A stretch of 45,346 nt of DNA, taken from the NCBI GenBank assembly GCA_023250995.1, contig JAHEZO010000005.1, positions 1-45,346 of the forward strand, written 5' to 3'. Under the pieces are notes generated by a model, which saw only the letters and a program-made list of their open reading frames with translations, made no database searches and was not told where the DNA came from. Position 1 is the first letter of the stretch. The number at the start of each line of letters is the position of its first letter. This DNA comes from Flavobacteriales bacterium (lineage in GTDB: Bacteria > Bacteroidota > Bacteroidia > Flavobacteriales_H > JAHEZO01). Made by a program: the position numbers and the translations under genes. Of the stretch, positions 39,478 to 45,346 are shown in pieces.

Positions 39478-40460
39478 TCCGCAAGTTTTTTAAAACTTTG
39501 GAGCGCCCGTTTTGAAACCAAAGATTCCATGCCGAGTTTAAAAGCATCTGTAAGGGTTAACTCAGGATAATAACAATGGATGGCCATGGCGGCATTTGCA
39601 CAAACCACATTTTTTTGTGCTGGGGAACCATTTCCATTCAAAACATCCAGAAATATTTTTGCTGAATCTTCCACCGTTTTTCCTCCTGAGATTTCAAGGG
39701 GGTCAACCAACTTTAATCCAAGGTCGGAAGGTTTAACCATTCTCTCAAAATTATTTGAGAGCATCTTAAAATCACCCGTGAGGGAAACTTCATCGTAGCC
39801 ATCAAGAGAGTGAATGATTACAAATTGATTTGGTGTTTTCTGATTCAAATAAGAATAAAGACGGGCCAGCTCAAGGCTGAAAACCCCAACCATTTGTTTT
39901 TTCGGTCGGGATGGATTCACCATTGGGCCAAGCATGTTGAAAAATGTTTTCATTCCAAGTTCTTTTCTAACCGGTGCCACATTTTTCATTGCCGGGTGAA
40001 ACAAAGGTGCATGCATAAAACAAATGCCAGCCCCTTCAATGTTTTTCTTAAGCACCTCAATATTATTAGAAAATTTTACACCAAGAAACTCAAGCACATT
40101 GGAAGAGCCGCAAACAGAGGAAACCCCATAATTACCATGCTTTGCAACTTTTATCCCCGTTCCGGAAACAACAAAAGAGGCAAGGGTTGAAATATTAAAA
40201 GTATCCTTACCGTCACCTCCGGTTCCGCAAAGGTCTATGGGGTCGTAGGCTGACAAATCAACAGGGATGCAAAGGTCGAGCAGGGCTTCCCGGAAACCTT
40301 CCAGTTCCTCTACCGAAATGCTTCTCATCATAAAAATCCCCAAAAAAGAAGCTATCTGGCTATTATTGTATTTTCCCTCCGCAATGTTAATGAGCACTTG
40401 CTTTGCCAGGGGTTTCGGCAACGTTTTGTGAGCCAGAAGAATGTTGAAAATTTCTTTCAT
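39474..40460 (-). CDS. trpD: Anthranilate phosphoribosyltransferase
   Basis: DLCGTGGDGKDTFNIST, KHGN and the NMLGPMVNP motif are present. It has 4-nt overlaps with both neighbours. Confidence 0.95.
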   Translation of the reverse strand: MKEIFNILLAHKTLPKPLAKQVLINIAEGKYNNSQIASFLGIFMMRSISVEELEGFREALLDLCIPVDLSAYDPIDLCGTGGDGKDTFNISTLASFVVSGTGIKVAKHGNYGVSSVCGSSNVLEFLGVKFSNNIEVLKKNIEGAGICFMHAPLFHPAMKNVAPVRKELGMKTFFNMLGPMVNPSRPKKQMVGVFSLELARLYSYLNQKTPNQFVIIHSLDGYDEVSLTGDFKMLSNNFERMVKPSDLGLKLVDPLEISGGKTVEDSAKIFLDVLNGNGSPAQKNVVCANAAMAIHCYYPELTLTDAFKLGMESLVSKRALQSFKKLAE

Positions 40461-41026
40461 TTTTCCCCTTCAATCCAGTTTTTAATCATAACCTTTCCAT
40501 ATTCAGTCAAAACCGATTCAGGGTGAAACTGCACTCCGCGGATATCAAATTTCTTATGGCGGAAAGACATCACCATTCCTTCATCATCAACAGAGGTAAC
40601 CAGCAAACATTCGGGAAGATTCTTTTCCACGATCCAGGAATGGTAGCGCCCAACTTTAATTTTAGGAGGAATATTTTTAAAAAAATATTCATTTCCTTCG
40701 CTAATATTCAGATTTTCGGCCACCCCATGAAATACTTTTTTCAGGTTAATTAATTTTCCTCCATAAAATTCAGCAATGGCCTGATGGCCCAGGCAAACTC
40801 CCAGAATGCTTTTTTTGCCGGCAACTTTTTTAATCACTTCCATTAATTTTCCTGCTTCGGAGGGAATTCCCGGACCGGGAGAAAGCAAGACCTTATCGTA
40901 ATTATCCATTTCATTAAAGGCGATATGGTCATTTCGAACCACATCCACCTCGCAATCGAATTCGCGTAAATAATGAACCAGATTGTATACAAAAGAATCG
41001 TAATTATCTATTACCAGAATTTTCAT
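40457..41026 (-). CDS. trpG: Anthranilate synthase component II (glutamine amidotransferase)
   Basis: MKILVIDNYDSFVYNLV, LSPGPG, GVCLGHQ (catalytic Cys) and GVQFHPES (His/Glu). Confidence 0.95.
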   Translation of the reverse strand: MKILVIDNYDSFVYNLVHYLREFDCEVDVVRNDHIAFNEMDNYDKVLLSPGPGIPSEAGKLMEVIKKVAGKKSILGVCLGHQAIAEFYGGKLINLKKVFHGVAENLNISEGNEYFFKNIPPKIKVGRYHSWIVEKNLPECLLVTSVDDEGMVMSFRHKKFDIRGVQFHPESVLTEYGKVMIKNWIEGEK

Positions 41027-42474
41027 AAATCTTTTGCCATTTCGATGGCTTTTCTCAGTGCTGTAATTTTATTATTAATTTCCTGAAGTTCATTTTGATC
41101 ATTTGACTCAGCAACAATACCTGCCCCGGCCTGAAAATAAAGAACGTTATCCCGGCTGCAAAAAGACCGGATGATAATGGCATGATTAAAATCTCCGTTG
41201 AAGCCTAAAAATCCAATACAACCCCCATAAAAACTCCGGTTATCATTTTCATATTCTTCAATAAGGCGCATGGCCTCATGTTTTGGCGCTCCGCTTAAAG
41301 TTCCGGCAGGAAAGGTATCTGCCACCAGCTGCATTGTTGAAACATTTTCATTTTTTTCGGCTGTTACTTTTGAAACCAGATGGATGACATGGGAATAATA
41401 CTGAACCTCCTTAAATTTTTCGACCCTCACATTTTTCCCATGCCTTGCTAAATCGTTCCTGGCAAGATCCACTAGCATAGTATGTTCGGAATTTTCCTTT
41501 GAATCCGCAGAAAGTTTTTGTGCAATTTCCAAATCATCTTCCTTGTTAGGTGTCCGTAGAAATGTTCCGGCAATGGGGTGAATGGAAGCAGTATTTCCCT
41601 TAATGATAAACTGAGCCTCGGGCGAAGAACCAAAAATCTTAAAACTTCCATAATCAAAATAAAAAAGATATGGAGAAGGATTGATGGACCGCAACGCCCT
41701 GTAAACATTAAATTCATCACCCGAAAAAGAACGCAAAAATCTTCGTGAAAGGACCAGCTGAAAAACATCGCCTCTGAAACAATTTTTCTTGGCAAGATTA
41801 ATTCTCTCCAGAAATTCAATATCGGTAAAATTTGATTTTTCTTCTTTCCCGGGGGTAAAAAAATACGAGGCAAAATTTTTCGATTTTATGAGTGCTTCAA
41901 TCTGGTCGATATTGTCGGTATTACCCGTGAAATTGTGTGAAAAAATAAATGCCTGATTTTTGAAATGATTAATGGCAATAATGTTTTGGAAAACGGAATA
42001 AACAATATCAGGAATTTTATCGTCAACCTCTGTTTTTTCAATTTCAATGTTTTCGAAATACCTTACGGCATCATAACCGATATAGCCAAATAGGCCTGCC
42101 CCCAATTTTCCACCCGGACCATCCTTTTGGAAATTAAATTGTCCGGCCGGAACATCTCCGGGCATAAAATCGGGGGAAACCACAAACTTTTGCGCGAAAG
42201 CTGAGATTACCCCGGGAACATCGGTATTTTTAGCAATGGAAATATTTTCTTTGCTGCCATCCGGAAATGTTTGTTTTATCTGTTCATTTTCAATAATAAT
42301 AGAAGCCACGGGGTTGCAACAGATAAAAGAAAAACTATTATCACTCCCTCTGTAATCGGAACTCTCAAGAAGAATACTGTTTGGAAATTTATCCCTAATT
42401 TTTAGGTAAATACTTACCGGGGTTATGGTATCGGCAAGCAACGCTTTGTACCGGGTATGTGCGGAAAAAATCAT
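41023..42474 (-). CDS. trpE: Anthranilate synthase component I
   Basis: LLESS near the N-terminus (Trp feedback site region), then GDVFQLVLSRRF, NPSPYLFY, HPIAGT, TLSGAPK and GGCIGF..IIIRS motifs. Confidence 0.95.
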   Translation of the reverse strand: MIFSAHTRYKALLADTITPVSIYLKIRDKFPNSILLESSDYRGSDNSFSFICCNPVASIIIENEQIKQTFPDGSKENISIAKNTDVPGVISAFAQKFVVSPDFMPGDVPAGQFNFQKDGPGGKLGAGLFGYIGYDAVRYFENIEIEKTEVDDKIPDIVYSVFQNIIAINHFKNQAFIFSHNFTGNTDNIDQIEALIKSKNFASYFFTPGKEEKSNFTDIEFLERINLAKKNCFRGDVFQLVLSRRFLRSFSGDEFNVYRALRSINPSPYLFYFDYGSFKIFGSSPEAQFIIKGNTASIHPIAGTFLRTPNKEDDLEIAQKLSADSKENSEHTMLVDLARNDLARHGKNVRVEKFKEVQYYSHVIHLVSKVTAEKNENVSTMQLVADTFPAGTLSGAPKHEAMRLIEEYENDNRSFYGGCIGFLGFNGDFNHAIIIRSFCSRDNVLYFQAGAGIVAESNDQNELQEINNKITALRKAIEMAKDL

Positions 42475-42481
42475 AGGGTTG

Positions 42482-42489
42482 CAAAAATA
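42482..42489 (-). promoter_or_regulatory. Candidate Bacteroidota -7 promoter box (TATTTTTG, consensus TAnnTTTG) for the trp operon
   Basis: The reverse complement of 42482-42489 is TATTTTTG, ending 7 nt before the trpE ATG. I did not see a clear -33 TTG. Confidence 0.3.
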
Positions 42490-42567
42490 TTGAAATAAAA
42501 ATTCCCCGTGTTTTTTTTAATTTGGATAAAAAATAATAATACTTTAGTGCCTGTTTTTAAAAAAATT

Positions 42568-43563
42568 ATGAAGGGCTACAAGAAAATAATTTTGTTTTTT
42601 TTATTAGGAGGGGGATTGATTTCATTTATTCCACCGGAGAAGGTTTTGTGGAAAATATTTCAAAAGGGCAATTCAGATTTACCCGATAACGGGATAATCT
42701 CCATAGGAATTGATTCATTGAACAACAAATGGGTTGGCACTGATGGAAAGGGGCTGGGCAGATTTGACGGAACCTCCTGGAAAGTTTTTACCGCTGGAAA
42801 TTCCGGGCTTTCAAATAATTCGATTTATGCCATTTGCATGGACAAAAACATTAAATGGTTTGGCACCCATGGTGGAGGATTGGTTTCTTTAGAAGGTGAT
42901 GATAATTGGGAAGTTTATAACATGGAAAATTCTGACCTTCCACACGACTGGATTAATACCATTGCCGTGGATGCAAAAGGAGACAAATGGATTGGAGCCG
43001 GAGACAGCGGGGTAGTTAGGTTTGATAACCAGAAATGGACCAGCTTTAACGAAAAAAATTCAGGACTGCCGAACAATATTGTTTATGCGATTGCCATAGA
43101 TGATAAAAACGGAATATATTGGTTTGGAACAGAAAGCGGGGGCCTTGCAAGATATGACGGAACCAACTGGAAGGTATTTCAAACAAGTAATTCGGGTTTA
43201 CCAAACGATTGGGTTGCAGAACTCGCATTTGAAGATTCAATTCTTTGGATTGGTACTGTGGGTGGAGGGTTAACAAAAATGACCGGAGAAACTTTTGTTA
43301 CTTATAATATTGGAAATTCGGGGCTTCCGAATAACTCGGTTTATGCCATCTCGGTGGATGAGAAAAAATTCAAATGGATAGGAACAGGAGGTGGAGGACT
43401 GGTGAAATTTGATGGTGACAGTTCCTGGGTGGTTTTTGACAAATCAAATTCGGAAATTCCGAAAGATTTTGTATTAACTGTTTCCATTGATTCGAAGAAT
43501 ACCAAATCCATTGGAACCTGGAAGGGGGGGCTGGCCCTTTATAACGAAAACGGAATTGAATGA
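42568..43563 (+). CDS. Two-component-regulator-propeller (Reg_prop) repeat protein, secreted or membrane-anchored
   Basis: Seven repeats of the N(S/T)GL(P/S)NN.(V/I)YAI..D..N..W(F/I)GT..GGL..(F/Y)DG..W type. I prefer ATG 42568 (MKGYKKIILFFLLGGGLISF signal/anchor) over track start 42508. Confidence 0.75.
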   Translation: MKGYKKIILFFLLGGGLISFIPPEKVLWKIFQKGNSDLPDNGIISIGIDSLNNKWVGTDGKGLGRFDGTSWKVFTAGNSGLSNNSIYAICMDKNIKWFGTHGGGLVSLEGDDNWEVYNMENSDLPHDWINTIAVDAKGDKWIGAGDSGVVRFDNQKWTSFNEKNSGLPNNIVYAIAIDDKNGIYWFGTESGGLARYDGTNWKVFQTSNSGLPNDWVAELAFEDSILWIGTVGGGLTKMTGETFVTYNIGNSGLPNNSVYAISVDEKKFKWIGTGGGGLVKFDGDSSWVVFDKSNSEIPKDFVLTVSIDSKNTKSIGTWKGGLALYNENGIE

Positions 43564-43573
43564 AAAAAAATAA

Positions 43574-44335
43574 TTAATCCTTCATTCCTTTTTCAATTTC
43601 ATTTTTCATTGAAAGGGTATATTCATATCCCTTTTTAAAAATTTCTTTTCCTTTATCGCTATCAAACATTCCAAAGATATTTAATCCGGGAGGTTCGAGG
43701 AAAACATTACAAAGTTTAAAGCGGTGTAAATCCCCTTCGTTTATTGCAAGTTCAAGGCTTCTTACAATAACTTTATTCACCGAGCCCATCCGATCCATCG
43801 GATATACCCGGCCCACTGAAACGCCAATAATTTTTGTACATTTTCCGATAAGAGGTTCTACCGGAAAGTTGTTGGTAATACCACCGTCAAGAAAGCTACG
43901 GCCATTAATTTTTACGGGTTCGAAAATAGCGGGATAGGAGGCAGAGGCCATAATTGGTTTAATGAACGGTCCGGTTGAAAAATAAACCGTTTCACCTTTT
44001 AAAATGTCAGTTGCATTCACAACCAGTTTAATTTTTAAATCCTTAAATTCTTTTTCCTTTAAGACCTCGTTATATGCATTTTCAATGCGGCTCATAGAAA
44101 AAAGTCCCCCTGCCTTTGTTGAGGGGAAAAAAAATTTAAAAGAGCCGTTTTTAACAATTAACTCCAAAGATTGGGCGGGTGATAACCCTGAAGCATAAAG
44201 CACAGCGATGAGAGCTCCTCCGCTTACGGCCGAAATTATTTCGGGTTTCACACCCATTTCCTCTAATCCCTTTAAAACTCCAAGCTGTGCAATACATTTT
44301 GCCGCTCCCCCTGAAAAAACAATTCCTGTATTCAT
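43574..44335 (-). CDS. Patatin-like phospholipase
   Basis: Oxyanion GIVFSGGAAK, a nucleophile-elbow-like AVSGGA, and the catalytic Asp motif LDGGITNN. Confidence 0.85.
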   Translation of the reverse strand: MNTGIVFSGGAAKCIAQLGVLKGLEEMGVKPEIISAVSGGALIAVLYASGLSPAQSLELIVKNGSFKFFFPSTKAGGLFSMSRIENAYNEVLKEKEFKDLKIKLVVNATDILKGETVYFSTGPFIKPIMASASYPAIFEPVKINGRSFLDGGITNNFPVEPLIGKCTKIIGVSVGRVYPMDRMGSVNKVIVRSLELAINEGDLHRFKLCNVFLEPPGLNIFGMFDSDKGKEIFKKGYEYTLSMKNEIEKGMKD

Positions 44336-44402
44336 GATTATAGGTTAATTCACATGTGGAAAAAAAAATTCGGACGATTTAATTGGAAATTTTGTACTGA
44401 GG

Positions 44403-44584
44403 AGTGCATGACAAATTGGGCAAAGTAAAGTTAAGGTTCAAAAAAAATTTTATTAGCTACAAAGTAACGAAGACGCAAATAAAAAAATAAAATAATCCTT
44501 CGTGTCTAATCTCCCGGGTAGCAAAAAAAAGAAAATTTAATTCAATTCAAATATTAATGGCTGCCCAATTTGTATTGCACCTGA
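44403..44584 (-). repeat. Copy D (full-length, 182 bp) of the palindromic MITE-like element
   Basis: Terminal inverted repeats at 44403-44422 and 44562-44581 match 17/20. Central nested hairpin: GCTAC 44456-60 / GTAGC 44518-22 and ACGAAG 44467-72 / CTTCGT 44498-503. The element is bracketed by ACTGAGG at 44396-44402 and 44585-44591. There is no ORF. Confidence 0.6.
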
Positions 44585-44638
44585 ACTGAGGTATTTGACT
44601 TAAATATTTATCTATTGGGCAGCCTCCGTTCTTTTTAA

Positions 44639-45346
44639 TTACAGATCCTCTAACTTAAAAGATTCCTTCATCCGAATTCCTTTATCCGTATTTTGAAGGT
44701 TGCAACATTCAATGAGGGGATCGTGCTCAAAAAACAAAATGGCATTTTCTTTTACAGCGTTCCCTAGCAAATATTTTTTTTCCTCTAGGGTTTCCAAAGG
44801 CCTCAAATCATATCCCATAACAAACGGGATCGGTAAATGTCCGGCAGAGGGAATTAAATCAGCTGCATAAATTATTGTTTTCCCTTTGTAAAATATATGG
44901 GGGATCATCATTTTTTCGGTGTGGCCATTTACGAAACCAACTCCAAACCTATCCCACAGCATATTAAAATCCTTGACCCCCTGAACAATTTCCGATGGAT
45001 AACGAGGAACGGGAGCTTCGGGAAAATTGCAAAAACGAAGTTGCCCATTTTCTTGAATTGGCAAAAAATTTTCTTTTAAAAAGGATGCCCTTTCACGGTG
45101 GTTTGGCTCCAAGGCCCATTTCCAGTGATTTTCATTGCTCCAATAAACTGCATTTTTAAAAGCCGGCTCATAACCATTTCGGGTGCTGTTCCAATTAATA
45201 CTTCCACCGCAATGATCAAAATGAAGATGGGTAAGAAATACATCCGTAATATCATCTCTCGAAAACCCTTTGGACCGCAGTGATTTATCAAGTGTATCCT
45301 CGCCAAAAGGGAAATAATGGCTGAAAAATTTTTCGTTTTGTTTATT
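44639..45346 (-). CDS. MBL-fold metallo-hydrolase; the N-terminus lies outside the window
   Basis: The frame of track ORF 44639..45112 stays open to base 45346. Upstream of the called TTG it encodes ..SRDDITDVFLTHLHFDHCGGSINW.., which includes the HxHxDH zinc motif. Confidence 0.8.
   Translation of the reverse strand, partial: NKQNEKFFSHYFPFGEDTLDKSLRSKGFSRDDITDVFLTHLHFDHCGGSINWNSTRNGYEPAFKNAVYWSNENHWKWALEPNHRERASFLKENFLPIQENGQLRFCNFPEAPVPRYPSEIVQGVKDFNMLWDRFGVGFVNGHTEKMMIPHIFYKGKTIIYAADLIPSAGHLPIPFVMGYDLRPLETLEEKKYLLGNAVKENAILFFEHDPLIECCNLQNTDKGIRMKESFKLEDL

Noticed and set aside
41472-41873. Track ORF 41472..41873 (-), 133 aa, inside trpE
   Set aside because: It is an alternative frame of the same strand within a gene whose main frame carries all the TrpE motifs.
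42475-42567. Trp leader peptide, attenuator or T-box upstream of trpE
   Set aside because: There are no tandem Trp codons, no small ORF and no alternative hairpins in the 93-nt spacer. The 199-nt trpF-trpB spacer likewise has no Trp-codon ORF.
42508-42567. N-terminal 20-codon extension of the Reg_prop gene (track start 42508)
   Set aside because: The extension (MFFLIWIKNNNTLVPVFKKI) lies in the AT-rich divergent promoter region. ATG 42568 gives a normal basic-then-hydrophobic signal or anchor.
43574-44335. Patatin-like phospholipase as a CBASS or other defence-system effector
   Set aside because: There is no adjacent cyclase/nucleotidyltransferase, sensor or other defence-type partner. The neighbours are a Reg_prop protein and an MBL hydrolase separated by a repeat element, and the size and motifs fit a housekeeping RssA-like patatin.

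Overview
AT-rich chromosomal segment, most likely from a Bacteroidota genome. This placement rests on two proteins with T9SS C-terminal sorting domains, SprB-type repeats, PafA-type alkaline phosphatase, a bacterial GH3 protein and a TAnnTTTG-type -7 box. I support 37 protein-coding genes, nearly all housekeeping or cell-envelope. They are lysS (partial), two tandem TfoX-N genes, a tightly coupled esterase/PAP2/crcB/pafA block, a PD40-amidohydrolase, an AAA(DUF4143) ATPase, obg, adk, an RND/MMPL exporter, rfbA, a polyprenyl synthase, nrdAB, fumC, marC, GH3, lipA, osmC, ung, a complete trpE-G-D-C-F-B-A operon, a Reg_prop protein, a patatin and an MBL-fold hydrolase (partial). I saw no rRNA, tRNA, CRISPR array, cas, transposase, integrase or recognisable multi-gene defence system. 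The features that ordinary annotation does not explain are listed here. (1) A family of palindromic, MITE-like non-coding elements has four copies in 45 kb. One copy is bracketed by a 7-bp direct repeat and one sits inside the trp operon. The 604-bp pafA/tfoX spacer is built from two units bounded by four copies of a 20-bp inverted motif. (2) TrpC is fused in frame to a C-terminal GNAT acetyltransferase domain. (3) A near-perfect 32-bp tandem duplication (22-bp perfect core) abuts the AAA ATPase start codon. (4) The fluoride channel gene crcB is translationally wedged between two phosphatase genes, with no room for a riboswitch. (5) Several surface proteins and enzymes carry repeat or insert modules. 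All homology calls come from motif recognition by eye, and no database search was run.
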